DNA of 59,477 nucleotides, counting the filler, from Dimargaris cristalligena (Eukaryota): the NCBI GenBank assembly GCA_003614675.1. It is 7 parts of 7 records of this genome, joined end to end, with 100 filler letters (N's around TTAATTAATTAA, not from the genome) between each part and the next. Parts side by side here need not be neighbours in the genome. Positions count along the whole stretch, not along the records: positions 8,540 to 16,959 come from ML003330.1; positions 17,060 to 25,478 come from ML003331.1; 5 more parts are not named here. One strand, written 5' to 3'. Below, in pieces: positions 10,373-23,400 of the stretch. The translations under genes were made by a program, and so were the position numbers. The notes below the pieces were generated by a model. It made no database searches. It saw only the letters and a list, made by a program, of their open reading frames with translations, and was not told the origin of the DNA. Every line of letters starts with the position of its first letter. The stretch's first letter is position 1.

Positions 10373-12673
10373 TTAATTAGTTACCTCGACAATGGCACCG
10401 GTTTGCGAGAGATTCCAATAAAACTCGCATTCGCTTAGAAACTTGCTCACAATGGCGAGGTAGTAGCGGGCCTGCTCGATTTCCCCGGGTTGGTCGCCCC
10501 GGCGGATGATCCGGTGAAAGACCTGGGCAATAGCCGCCACATCAATGGGGCCATAGCCGACCAGCTGGACGGGGGAGATGTCGGGGTTCTGCTTCAGCAG
10601 CACGGCGGTATTAATGGCCACCTCCACGCAACGGCTCCAGGCATGGGGCGGCAACTCAGGTGAGATACCCGGTACTCCGGAGGTCTGCTTATAAATTTCG
10701 TATTGGAGGGCAATGATATTGGAGTTGAGGTAGATTTCGTTGGACATGTACCATATGCGGTCCATGGTGGTTAGGGGGCCCGGGTTGCCCCGAATGGCCC
10801 GACCGTGGTGACCGCTCCAAGCGGTAAAGCGGTCCTGCACGGCGTAGTAGTCCTGCAGAAAGGCCTCCGGAGTGGTATACTGGTGGGCGCGGGTGCGGGC
10901 CTTGAAGGCGAGCAACTGGCGCACCACGGTCACCAGCTCGAGGTGACAGCGGAAGCCATCGTAGGAGCGCCGGGGACGGGGGACGGAGGGCCTGGCCGGC
11001 TCGGCGGCTGGGCACCACTCGGACTCGCTGTCATCACTCTCCACATCCCCCGAAAAGGTAGGGGCCTCCCAGCGGTCGCGCGGACACGGAAGGCGGGGGG
11101 CGACACAGTCGTCGCGGATCAAGAGGGGGGAATGGGTATATTTGGCGGCAAAGGTATCCAAGTAGACGATGATCCACCACAGCCGACGAATACGCTCGCG
11201 TAGGATGGGTGGGTCGGGGGCGCCCTGTAGCACGGGGATGGGGGGGCCCTCCCGGTCTGTGAAGGGCAGCTGCAGAGACAGGGCCATGCGAACCACCAGA
11301 TCAAAGTACTGGATGCCCTTGTAGTGGTCGCCGCACATGAGCTCGGTCAGGGTAACCATGGTCAAGGCCGTAACCACATCCACGGTGGGATGGATGTAGT
11401 CCTCGTTGAGAATGGCGCGGGCCCGGTCCCGGAACTGGAGGGCGGCCTGGCCGGCACCTTGAATCACGACGCCGGGGCGTTTGGAGACGCGGGCGGCAAT
11501 GGCGTACATGGCATAGAGAATGGGGGAGTACACGCGGCCCAGGTGGACATCGCGAATAAAGGAGGCCTTGTGCAGAAAGGGAATGTGGGGGTGAAAGTGG
11601 TCAAAGTAATCGACAATCATTTGGCGGTGGATCTCCTGGGAGGGCTGCAGGGAAAAGGCCGAGGGAGGGGGTGGCGAGGACGGGTCCAGGGGCCGGGTAG
11701 GAGGGGGTGGCGGTGAGAAACGCACGGGAAGTAGGACCATCATCTCGGGGGTGGGGTGGGAACGCGGAGCGGGCGACGAGGACAGGGCGGACGACGAGCG
11801 CGGGGACAGGGAGGAGAGCGGCGGGGGAGTGGCGGGAGGGGGGTGGGGGGAAGGGTTAGGGGCGGACCCTCGCCCGATCCGCAGCGGGGCCGGGGAAGGG
11901 GCATTGCCCAGGGGGGCTAGGTAAACGGCGGGGGAGCCGGAACCGGGCATCCGGCCGGCAGCCAGGTCCGCCGATGGTAGGGGCCCGGAAGTGGCGGCGG
12001 CGGCCCGCAGCGGGGGGAGATAAGGCGGCGGGGAAGTGGGCAGCGACGAGGACGAGGGCGGCTCGGACAAAATGGCGGGGAGCTGGGCAGTTACGGCAGT
12101 CAGCGGGGGCAGGGAGGGGTGGGGATCCCCGACAATGGGGGCGATGCTATAAGACGGGGGAAGGAGAGGTGGGAGGGAGCGTGTATCGGGGTGGTACATG
12201 GCGGACGGGGACGATGTCGTGGCGGGGGGATGATAGGTATCGAAGCCGAAGGAGGCCGTCGGGAGGGGGGACGGTAGGGTGGCGGCCCCGAGGCTGTAGG
12301 GCGAAGGCAAAGTGGAGGACGACGACGGCTGATTAGAATGAGGGTGGTGGTAGTTCTGCTGATGATGGTGATGCGGCGGCTGTTGATGATGGTAGTGGTG
12401 GGGGGGGGAGGCTTCGTCGGCAATATGAAGGGGCTCGAGCAGAAGCTCCATTTTCTCCAGGCGGTCCTCGAGGGATTTGATGTAGCTGCGCTTGGAGGCC
12501 TTCGGGACGGGTTGGGGGGCGTAGAAACAGGTGGCGTGGCGCCGAACACAGTTGTTGCAGTTGGGCCGAGTCATGTCGCATTTTATCTTGCGCTTGCGAC
12601 AGTTGTGGCAGGCATAGGTCCGGCGCTTGGGCAAGTGGTCGGGGGATATAGGTGAACTGGCACAGTCGGCCAT
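10373..12673 (-). CDS. Zn(II)2Cys6 transcription factor with fungal-specific middle homology region; true 3' end probably spliced
   Basis: ACHNCRKRKIKCDMTRPNCNNCVRRHATC cluster, LEDRLEKME coiled coil, YFDHFHPHIPFLHK and RERIRRLWW motifs. GAG|GTAACT donor-like site at 10384 on the minus strand. Confidence 0.92.
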   Translation of the reverse strand: MADCASSPISPDHLPKRRTYACHNCRKRKIKCDMTRPNCNNCVRRHATCFYAPQPVPKASKRSYIKSLEDRLEKMELLLEPLHIADEASPPHHYHHQQPPHHHHQQNYHHPHSNQPSSSSTLPSPYSLGAATLPSPLPTASFGFDTYHPPATTSSPSAMYHPDTRSLPPLLPPSYSIAPIVGDPHPSLPPLTAVTAQLPAILSEPPSSSSLPTSPPPYLPPLRAAAATSGPLPSADLAAGRMPGSGSPAVYLAPLGNAPSPAPLRIGRGSAPNPSPHPPPATPPPLSSLSPRSSSALSSSPAPRSHPTPEMMVLLPVRFSPPPPPTRPLDPSSPPPPSAFSLQPSQEIHRQMIVDYFDHFHPHIPFLHKASFIRDVHLGRVYSPILYAMYAIAARVSKRPGVVIQGAGQAALQFRDRARAILNEDYIHPTVDVVTALTMVTLTELMCGDHYKGIQYFDLVVRMALSLQLPFTDREGPPIPVLQGAPDPPILRERIRRLWWIIVYLDTFAAKYTHSPLLIRDDCVAPRLPCPRDRWEAPTFSGDVESDDSESEWCPAAEPARPSVPRPRRSYDGFRCHLELVTVVRQLLAFKARTRAHQYTTPEAFLQDYYAVQDRFTAWSGHHGRAIRGNPGPLTTMDRIWYMSNEIYLNSNIIALQYEIYKQTSGVPGISPELPPHAWSRCVEVAINTAVLLKQNPDISPVQLVGYGPIDVAAIAQVFHRIIRRGDQPGEIEQARYYLAIVSKFLSECEFYWNLSQTGAIVEVTN

Positions 12674-15600
12674 GGTGGCGATAAGGCGGAGGATAACAGG
12701 AAATACGAGACAGAGAAGGCACCGCTAGCCCGTTTGGCGGCATCGGGCCGAATACGCCGGAGGTTTAGTGAGGCTGCAAAGGAATCCAAGCAACCGAACG
12801 AACCGAGGCAAGCCAACGTAGAGGAGGAGACAGCAGCTCTCGCAGTGGGATCGGGCGCGGGGGTATTATATATATATATATAGATAGATAGATATATGAC
12901 CAGGTAAATTAAAGTAGAGCCCAAGGGAATCAGATAGTGTAGTGAACTCCGATCAGCCCATCCATTCACGGTCGGGGAACAGAAAGGCAGGTTAGTGTGC
13001 GGGGAGGGGTGGAAGAGTAGAGAGAAGGAGAGAGAGAAAGAAAGAGGAGAGAGAAAAGTGGGTTCAGGAGGGCGAAATAAACGGCGCAGATAGATAGCGA
13101 GAAAGTATTAAAAATAGAGGAGGAGAATACCAGGAGAGGGTTAGGATTAGTATGCCTTAATGTAATAAGAGCAAGATGGCCCAGAAAGGCAAACAAGTCC
13201 CAGCACTAATTTTATTTGGAGGAAAAAAGAGGGATCGCGTGTCCTATCCTCTCTATATATATCTAAAAGTATATATATATTGGGTGGGGCGGGGAATGGA
13301 TGTACGTCACGACCCAAGGCCGAGTAGAATAGTGGTGATTGGTTGCGACGCTATATTATTATGATCCAACAGCGCCCTTGGCGAGAAAGAGGGAGAGAAA
13401 ATCCAAGATGGTAATAATGGCCGATACAATAGTTCCAACAACCGCACGGTTGGGGTGTGACGAATAATGAAGGAGAGAGAAAGCAAATATCAGTAGCTCG
13501 GCAACAGTCCACAAAAGACGCGGTGAATCAACCAGGCGGGTGCCGCTGCTGTTATCCGTGCAATCAATGCCTGTGCTTCGGACCCGGCTAAACGACAAAG
13601 TAACTATAGCTCAATAACTAACCAACTGACTAGTTAGCTATTATTCATTCACCTATTCCAATAAGTAGAGATGGTGGTGGTGACGCTCTGCGAATCTATA
13701 GAGCTATATATATATATCCAAGTACAAGTACAAGTACAAGTCTAAATCCAACGGCAACGCGGTTTAGGGGCAGTGGCAACGGGTGGAAACGAGAGGTCAC
13801 AGGGCATTGGCGCCATGCGTATATACAGGGAGAGGGGGCAGGAAAGCAGAGAGTATATAAGTAAACGGTGCACTCGACAAGGAGACTCATTGCCCGTCCG
13901 TATACCAAGAAGGGGAGGGTTTTATATAGACGGCTGTATTCGGGGCTTGTAACGGTCTATGTACGGCATTGAAGGCATGTCGATCACCCCATCCATATAG
14001 GCGAAACCACCCCCCCTCTCCCCCTGCTCAGGTTTAATACCCACCCAGTCGCAGAGTGCCAGGCTGTGCAGCAGAGATGGCTGTGCACTCTTCCCATTGT
14101 GCCTCCCCTGACCATCTCTCTCCTAATGTGCCTACGTTAGCCCTGGCACTGCGCACAATAGTCGCGGGCTGCGTAACCCCGTGAAGCGATAGGCCCGTCT
14201 ATTTTGGTCACCGTCAACATGTCTTGTTCTATAGGCCTGATGGCCAGGGCCACCTCCCGCGATTGCCCTCCCCATTGTCGCCTTGCTCCACCCACCCCCC
14301 ACACTACCACTACCACTACTTCTACTCTTCCTCCTAAATTGACTATAAAAACATGCTATAGCAAGTGTGAGAGCGTGCTGATGGTGATCAGCACCAGCCC
14401 ACACACACTCTCGGTTCGAATGGAAATTAGAATAATAATAATAATAATAATAATAACGGGCCCAATCACCGCCCGCGGATTTAACTAGCCTGGCTTTAAT
14501 TTTCCGAGAGGTGGCGGTGGCCTAGAGCTACAGAGAGCGCCCCCGCTATGGGGATGGGATCTTCCCCGGCAATGTCCTTCCTGATGGGTCTGTTATATAT
14601 TATGCCACGACCATGGAAGGTCCCTGCGGTTGCCAGAATTCGGCCTTCTAAGTCCGCACTGAATACCCCCGGGGAAATAGGCCTAGCGCAACACTCCTTA
14701 CCGGTTAATTTGATGCTTGTTTCCCCGCGCAGAGCTTGGGCGCCATTTCGTACGTATCTAGAGGAGGCGTGGCTGATGATATACGGACTTCCCCCAAGGG
14801 CGGTCGGCCCTAGGGAAAAACACCCACACCTGAAATGCGGGGGCAAATGAACCCCATACCTCTTCCCCTTCTCTTCCCCCTCCCTCCCCAGCTAATGGCC
14901 ATTATTTGTCACTGTCGATTTATACTATCAGCTGCCCCCGCTGCCGGTCATTGGCACTCGATTCTGGATTAGGGTATAATACAATAGCGGGGATTAGAGT
15001 TACGGTTATTGATTATAAATGGCCAATTTCCTCCATCCGCGGACCAAAACACCCAAAATTGCCACGCCATCCCCGCTGCCATTCGTCAGTGCAGGTCCAG
15101 ATGGTTGTTGGTCCTCGCGCCTTCACCAACCACCCCCCAGCGGTCCTGGCCTGCCAATCACCCGGCTACTCCTTGAGAGGGCTACTACTGGTCCAGAGAT
15201 CCGTTATACTTACTCCATTGGGCCGGCTTCGCCCTTTCAACAGCACCGTGGAATCGGCTGACGACTGTAACAAGTGGAGGGACTTTTCGCGAATCAGCCT
15301 CGGCTCCGTCCCTAAACCACTGTCCTATTTTCTTATTCGCCAGTAGGCGGGGATGACGAAACTGGCATCCAACCTCGGCTCGGTCTTTGAAGAAGTCTTG
15401 GCACCTGTCGCTCCTTTTCTTTGTGCCTCATGCTGATTGGTGCTCCACAACGAGCCTAATTTTCCGGGGGGCTATCCTGACGTCACCCCCCGTAGTTCCC
15501 GCGGTTTCCGTTTTAAATAGATCCCACTTGTCAAGGGCGACTGGGGCAATTTAAAATCATCCACGCCCTCCTAATTCAAGGATCGACCGACCCCACTGGG

Positions 15601-17059
15601 CTTCTAATTATACAGGCGACGGGTCCTGCTAAATAATTTATATATATATATATATATATATATAATAGGCATTATGGAAAGGATATTCTGCACACCCGCC
15701 CCGACGGAGTTATGCAGCTGATTGATCGACACTGGGCCGTGGTACCATGGAACTTTCTATACAGAAGCCGCGGGAGCTTCCTCCGAGCCCCACCAGACGC
15801 AACTCCGTCCTTGTCATCCACTGATTTGTCCGCCAATCCCGCCGGTCCTTGCGACTCCACCTAATCCACGCCCAGATCCCCCGAGTGCCAAGACCGCGGG
15901 CAGTATAGTCCTACCCCGAGTCGTTTCACACCCACACTTCCCCCCCACCCATGTTCACACTAGCCCTATTCACCATCCCAATTACCTCGCATGACCCGCC
16001 CGCCGCCTAACCAGTCGCTGTTGATGTTAGACTTCCTCAGAGAGAAAAAAAATAGAGAGGAGGGGAGAGGGCGTCAATCGACCAAGGGCCAGGGTATGTC
16101 TCCCCTCCTCTTCCATTTCCTCACCTCTCCTTCTGCTTTCCCCTTTGCCCTGTCCTGCCCTACCCTGGATCCACCACCCCCAATAGAATAGTGTTGGTAT
16201 AGGTTAGTCCCCCCCAGTCAAGCATTATGCCCACATGTCCTACTTAAACCCAGTCGCCCTAGTCCAAACCAATCCCAAGCCGTCTCGGTAGATAACCGCC
16301 GTGGTCGGGTAATAAAAAATCACCCTCATTGTATCTAAGGGGGGGTGGTTTAGAGCAACACCGGCTGGCAACGGTTTATTGAATTGTTCTCCCGGCCAAT
16401 GTTTCACCAAAATTAAATCTACGGTGCGAATTCAATAGATACGCGCATGCATGGTAAGGTGTTTGATCCCCTCGCATGGGTCATTACATGATACGCAGGG
16501 CCGTGTCTCGCAGTCGCCGGCTTACCTCCTGCCGAATGGTCTCAATGATTGCGTGGCAGGGAATGTCGATGGGCTCGCTGAATATAGAAAGAGGGAAGGG
16601 TGTAATCCAACAGGAATGGTTCGGCCATTAATGTCACCCTTGGACCACGCCACCCATATCCATACGTAAACACCAGGTCCAGACTGGGTTCCACATCCCC
16701 CATCTCACTCAATAAGCCACGGGCCCTAAACGAGGCGGAATAGTCATCATTCGGCTTGGAACTTACCTGTCATCGCCGCCCAAGTACAGGGTCTCAATCG
16801 GCAACACCAGCCGTGAAGTACCTAAAATAATTTGACAGCGCCAAACAGCCCAGCTATAAATTGAGTCACATGATTTGGTATCCCTCCCTCTCTCTCTGTC
16901 CATCTTCCACGGCACCCCTTTTGTCACACCTCCTTTCCCCCTACCGAGTACTCGAAGGCNNNNNNNNNNNNNNNNNNNNNNNNNNNNNNNNNNNNNNNNN
17001 NNNTTAATTAATTAANNNNNNNNNNNNNNNNNNNNNNNNNNNNNNNNNNNNNNNNNNNN

Positions 17060-17192
17060 CTCTTTCAAGTATAAATACTCCCCCTTGCTGCCACCTCTTG
17101 GAACAGCAAGTCTATCATCACCTTTCCCTCCTTATTATCTATTTTTTCAAAAAAAAGTTCAGTTTTTAAGGATTTAATTTCAGTTCTTTACA
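17060..17192 (+). mobile_element. LTR fragment (TATAAA ... TTACA) abutting, and probably inserted into, the DIRS pol
   Basis: Homologous to 1-70. TATAAA at ~17070, ends CA at 17192 where the DIRS-like reading frame stops being recognisable. Confidence 0.55.
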
Positions 17193-18842
17193 GTAGTACC
17201 TGAGTATCTGGCAGTTGATTGGACTGGCAAATAGGCCAATGTTAGACAGACTTTACTACTAGTTTATCAGCTGGAATACTTAGTAAAGTAGCTATATTTT
17301 ATGATACACTGGTACCTGCTGACTCAATTGATTAGCCTCAGTGTTGATTATCCCCAGAATATGGGTTGCCATTAGTGTTAGATTCTGTTATACTAATTTA
17401 TTATTGATATTGAGGGCTAGAAATTAGAGGGCTGGGACCTGGGTCCCACCCTAGTGATTGATATATTTTAGGACAGTGGTATTGTCAGTTTTCAATAGCA
17501 CTACCTAATGGTAGACCTACAGGGGTAACTAGATTAAAGCTAAATAGGCTGCCCATAGTTTCTTCCAGTAAATGGACATCAACTATTCCTCTGGGGTCCA
17601 GAGCCCTGCTTGGCATAATCCTGGGGCTACTATTTCATACCCAGTATCCAACATATTAGTATAGATGGTCATGGTAGTTGTATTGGGGAGATGTACTGGC
17701 TTCCCCATATTAAGTTGGGCTTAGTGATACCACTAGTTGAGTTTCTGGATTACTACTGGAGTGAGAGTAATTAATTATTTCCAGGTTTTGTTCTACCTAA
17801 TAAGGCACCATTGTAATTTCCATAAATAGGTTAATCCATTGGGAATAGCCAGTAGGGTTGATGTCAATGTCCCCAGGACTGAGGCCACTTTCCAAGCTAG
17901 TAATAGTTTAATTTTCAAGTACTAGTATACCCACTAAATTAATTTGTATTTCCTTGGAGGTAATATAACCTTCATTTGCTAGGTGTCAATAGTAATACCC
18001 AGAAATTTCATGACCTGGGCTAGAGTGAGGACTGACTTTTTCCAATTAATGGGAAATCCCAGTATTTGGAGATAGTTAAGTACTGTGGCCAGATTAACCT
18101 GGGCCTGTGAGTGAGTAGGCAAAATAATGGCAATGTTATCTAGGTAATAGGGTAGGACAATCCCCTAGGTATATAATAGTTTGATAGCTGCTTTCATAAT
18201 ATATGAAAAAACCTAAGGGGCTATAGTAAGGCCAAATGGTAGTAACTAGTACTGGAAGACCTGGTCCCCCAATTGGATAGATAGGTACCTGTGGGAATCC
18301 ATATAGATAGGTACTGTTAAATAAGCATCCTTGATGTCCACCTTGGTAAGGTAGGTATTCTGGGTCACTATAGAAGTGGATACCACTAAGCCCTCCATTT
18401 TGAAATAGGGGACTATAATAAACTAGTTGATCTACCATAAGTCAACCAATGGGTAGTATTTATTATATTCCTATTTCATAAAAAGGTTAGAATAGTACAC
18501 CCAGTTGTCCACAGTACCTCTCTCCAGTGCTTGGCAAGTGATCAGCTAATTAACTACTGTATACAGTTCTGTTTGGTCCTACTTGGTAATGTGGAAGGGG
18601 TGTGGAATTATAACTAAGGGAGACTGTTGTGTTGCCAACAATTTAAGGGGCTCTGCTGGTTTGCCTTTGGGAGAGTCAGCAGGAGGGGGAACCTCCGGTT
18701 TCTTTCCACTAGATGGGTCACTATATTTTGTCATATAGTGCAGAGGGTTGGACTTTGCTGGGTTTGAGGGGGTCAAGACTGAGGTGGCCTTAGGGAATTC
18801 ACCACTGAGTTCCTGGTTGTCTATTGCATTATATGTTGCCAT
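17193..18842 (-). mobile_element. Degenerate DIRS-type (tyrosine-recombinase class) retrotransposon pol: RT, RNase H, start of MT-like domain
   Basis: Manual minus-strand translation through stops: PLVDLW*IN*FIIVPYFKMEG (~18390-18450), KVDIKDAYLTVPI, LPFGLTIAP*VF, YYLDN (18135-18146; YLDD decayed), GFPINWKKS..QVMKFLG, TNMLDTG (17649; TDAS decayed), KTDNTTVLKYINH*GGT, HILGIINTEANQLS, IGLFASPINCQ (~17210-17240). FKME and DNTT..YIN.QGG are typical of DIRS pol. Confidence 0.85.
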
Positions 18843-20222
18843 CTCACATCATTAGTTATTAAGAAAAATAAAATAAAAACATTATAATCAAATGGTATAA
18901 TTAATTTGGTACTTGGGGATACCAAAACTTTGAACTAAGTAAATAAAAGTAAAATAAGTAGGAATAGTGGCAATAAAATAATTAATAATAATAAAGCTGG
19001 GTAAAAGGTTAATCATCAGTATCATCTGGTGAAGTTAAAACATATATTTATTTGTTAATCTTGAAACTAACTTGTCCCTTCAACTGAGGTGATGCTACTA
19101 AAATATATATGAGAAATTGACCAGACTAGAGAACTATAGCTAAGAGCAAAGCTGTGATAATTGTAGGTCATAAAAAACCTAAAAATAGGGGGAAAATTAA
19201 CCTACTGGCTAAACTATGGTTGTGAATAGGTTAAAAAGAAGTAAAATATAGAAATTGGAAGGTTGGAAGACATAGTCTTCCCAGTCATCCTTCATATTGG
19301 ATATTAACAAAACTAATAAAAGGAATTCATACTTAGAAGTTGTATGGTGTAATTCCAAGAAGAAATCCACATGAGGCTAGTTATTCCCAAGCCCCACTCA
19401 TAAAGGATTGTCAATAGCATAAGAGTAGTGATATGAAGTGGTCAATCATTATAGTTTAAAATCACTATTGATTTCAATGACCTATAACTTCATCAATGAT
19501 AGACAGAAAAGCAAATAGAAGTATGATTTGGAAAGCTAAAGGAAAAAAAATCAGCTAGCATAAAGAAATAAAATAATACTCTCAGCCCCAGACTGTTTCC
19601 ATGGAAATAACTTGTCAATCATCTGGGGACCTTGAATCCATTTAAGGTATGACTACTTCTTGGATTAGTAATGGGTACTGGGGCTTACGTAGCCTCTGCC
19701 CAACTGCCCATGGCAGCACAACTGTCACCACTCAGAGGGAGGAGGTTGATCCTTTCCATAGTACTCCCCATCTGAGTAATAGAGACCTACTGGGCAATAG
19801 TGTGAACTACCAATTCTCCCCACTGGAGGAGGATGTCCCTACCCCAATAGCATAAGAACAATACCTCTTCTCAGAGGACTATTAATACTCTATCAAAGTA
19901 ACTAACTATAGCTCTTTGTCTTCTTTATAAATAATTATTACTTCAATATTGTTTTTTACTTCCAACCTGCCTAATTTGGTATTCCCATTATTTCTTATAG
20001 TTACACAGCCCTACTTGGTCTTTATGGTTACAGAATCTCCTTAGTAGGAGTCAAGTTCTATATTACCCTATACCCCTCTTATACTACCTGGTGGTCCCAT
20101 GAATTATAGGTCAGTATCTTCCAGGATGGGTGAAAGTAGGCCAATCATCTGCCAGGGGCAATCCTATTACTGAGTTGACTATAGTAGTTAGTCATTAGTG
20201 GTAGATAGTGGGACTATGTTAC

Positions 20223-20441
20223 TATTGGAATACTAAAGTTATAAAGAAAATAAAACTGGAAGTAAGTGAAGAAAGCAGCTAGAGGATGGTCAGTACCTCT
20301 AGGTAGTTTTATTGAACTGTAATTTCTGATAGGGTGAAATATAAGTAGCTAAGATAAATGATCTCATAATAGCAGAATAAACTAATATAATTGGATAAAA
20401 CAGGATAAGATAAAGAACATATAGGAAGATATTTTTCAATA
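20223..20441 (-). repeat. 3' LTR of the copia element (~219 bp), decayed PPT at 20442-20450
   Basis: Direct repeat of 25044-25252. Termini TATTGGAA...TTTCAATA look like TGTTGGAA...TTCCAACA after transitions. Purine tract (minus strand AAAGGGAAA) adjacent. Confidence 0.85.
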
Positions 20442-23400
20442 TTTCCCTTTATTATAAGTAGGAATAGTAATAATATCCTGTTTATTAGATGCAAAGAGAT
20501 AGATATTTAAAGGTTTTGTCAAAAAAGCAGCCTTTTGTTTAGTGCTAGGCACATACTTTAAGGCAATAATTCCTTTATCAATATAATCTCAAACCATATG
20601 GAATTTAATATCAATATACTTAGAGTGAATGTGATTCACAGGGTTCTTTGTAATAAGGATACAAGCCATATTATCACTGTAAATAGTGATAGACATAGAA
20701 AAAGAATTAAGAAACTGGAGGGTTTGTTTAATCCAAATTATCTCCTTTGTGGCTTCAGATAGAGCAATATACTCAGCTTCAGCAGTAAAAGTAGCAACTA
20801 GGGTTTACTTCTTAGATACCTAGGATACAGGGCCACCGGCCAGGAGAAATGTGTGGCCACTAATAGATTTGCTATCAAAAGAGTCATTGGCAAAATCACT
20901 ATTACAAAAATTAATTTAATCCAAATTTTTACCATCAAAGGTAATCCCATGTTCTAGGGTACCTTTAAGGTAGCGTAGAATTCTTTTGGCAGTAAGCCAG
21001 TGGGTAGTTGTGGGTTTGGAATTAAAGGAACTTAACTTGTGAACAGCGTAGGTAATATCAGGTCTAGTGCAATTTGATAAATACAACAGGGACCTAATTA
21101 AATTAGCATAAGGTTCATTGGTGAGCTCACAAATGGCAGTGGCAGGTGAGGGTTTGAAGCTAGGCTATATGGAAGTGCTTGTAGGGTTGTACTATTCCAT
21201 GCTGTAGTCCTCCAGTAAGTTAAAAATATATTTCTGCTGGTGGATAAAAAGGGATGATAGCCAACCATTAGTTAACTTGATTTGGGAGACTTGAATTCCA
21301 AGTAGGAAATTTAATTCCCCTTGATTAGTTATTGAGAATCTGGTATTAAGTTGTTGTTTAACCCAATCTACACTAGAAAGCTCAGATGAGATAATAAGAA
21401 TGTCATCAACATACACAGCAAGGTATGTATGTAGGTTTCCTTGAATCTTGGCATAAATACCATGATCAAGTTCACACTTTAAAAAGTTGCAGGACAGCAG
21501 AAACTCATCAAGAGTTTGATTCCAGAGTCTTATAGATTGCTTAAGTCCATACAGGCTGTAGTTAAGCTTGCAGGCAGAGTGTTTGGGTATCTGGGTTCCC
21601 TCAGGAGGTTCAATGAAAACTTCCTTGTCAATTTTATTATTCAAAAATGCAATTTTAACATCTATTTAATAAATAAAAAGGTGGTACTTGGTAGTAAGTA
21701 CCAAGAGAATTCTGATGCTAGAGTAGCAAACTACAAGTGCAAAGGTTTCATTGTAGTCAATCCCTTTACACTGATGGAATCCCTTAACAACTAGCTGAGC
21801 CTTGAGATGCTCAATAGTACCATCAGAGTATAACTTGGTAATAAAAACCCAATGACAGGGTAAAACTTTGGAGTTTTTTAGATGAGGTACTAAGTCCCAG
21901 ACTTCATTTTTAGCCATAGACTTGAGTTCAAGGTTAATGGCTGACTGCTATTCCTTATGGAACTGATTCTTCATGGCCAGGGTGTAAGATTGTGGACCAT
22001 CCACGGCCAGAAAAGCTAAATTAGAAGGAGGGTTGGAGTTGGAAGAGGGAGGAATGCCACAGATACATTTGGATAGTTGAGGAGTCACCAATTGGAGTTA
22101 TTTTAACCTTTTGGAATGATTCCTTTTTAAGGGAATAACCTAGGGGCCAGGGACAGGTGTTCTGTAGTTAAATTAGATAGGCACAAGGACCTGGTGGGAG
22201 ATATTAGATTCCCTAAGTTCAGATTCAAGTTCCCAGTCATTCAGGTCAAGATTTGGGTCTAAAGGGATTCTACTTACAGTGTGTGGGCTTAATTCCATGC
22301 TAAGATCACTTGTATTAATGACCTGGGGTACAGTAGATACCACTGGACAAATTTTAGAACTATATATGGATTAGTTAGAAATATTTATTGTTGCAGGTAC
22401 AGTTACCACTGCAGGAGGTGCATGAGATACATGGTTTGTATGAATAGGCAAATTTAAGCCTGGATCCTCATCAGGGAGGTAAAAGTAGTAACTGGAGGTA
22501 TTCTGGGCTTGATTCTGGATTGTTTTTGACGGGGATGGCTGTTCTGAAGTCCAGGAAGCCAGGGAATCAGGCAAAAAGTGTGTGTCACAACTAAAAATGA
22601 CCTTGTTTGACTGGGGGTTAAAAAAATTGTAGTTTTTTAGGTTGGCAGTCAGCCCCACGTAGAGGAGCTTCTTTAAAGTTGGTTGTAACTTTTGAGAGTG
22701 AGGATTGTTAGTTTTGATAATTACCTTGGACCTAAACTGGTAAAATCATGTAAGATCTGGCTGTTGGCCATACCAGCATAAATAGGGAGTGTCATTACCA
22801 ATTTTAGGACTAGGAATCCTATTCCAAATCATGGTAGTGGCCAGAAGTGCTTCCCCCTAAAGGGATTTAGGTAAACCCTTTTCATTGAGCATGCATTTCA
22901 CAGTAGAGTGAATAGTTTGATTGAACCTTTCAGTAATGCCATTTTGTTGTGGGGAGTAAGGTGCAGTGGTGGAATGAGTAATTCCATGTTCCTTGAGGAT
23001 AGTAGTGAATTGATGGGAGATGTACTCACTACCATTATCAGAATGAATTTCTTTAGGAAATTTCCCAAACCAATTGTTCATATACTTTAAATACCAGTCC
23101 AGTGCCTGGAGTACATCAGATTTGTGTTTGATCAAACTAATATAAGCCATTCTTGAAAACTGGTCAATAAAAGAGACAAAGTAGTATTGTCCTTTCATTG
23201 TTCTGACAGGCATAGGACCAGCTACGTCAGTGTGAATTACCTCCAATATGGAGAACACAGGGACCAGTTTGCCAGAGAATGGTAGGTGAGTTGACATTAA
23301 TTAAACAGGTTTTACAAGGTTGGATATCCTTGGAAGTAGTTAAATCAACACCTGGCAGTAGGCCAGACTTGGCTGCCTGAATCAGGAAGGGATAATTAAT

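Noticed and set aside
11650..12420. G-run-rich stretch as a dedicated G-quadruplex element
   Set aside because: Explained by Pro-rich (CCN) codons of the minus-strand transcription factor.
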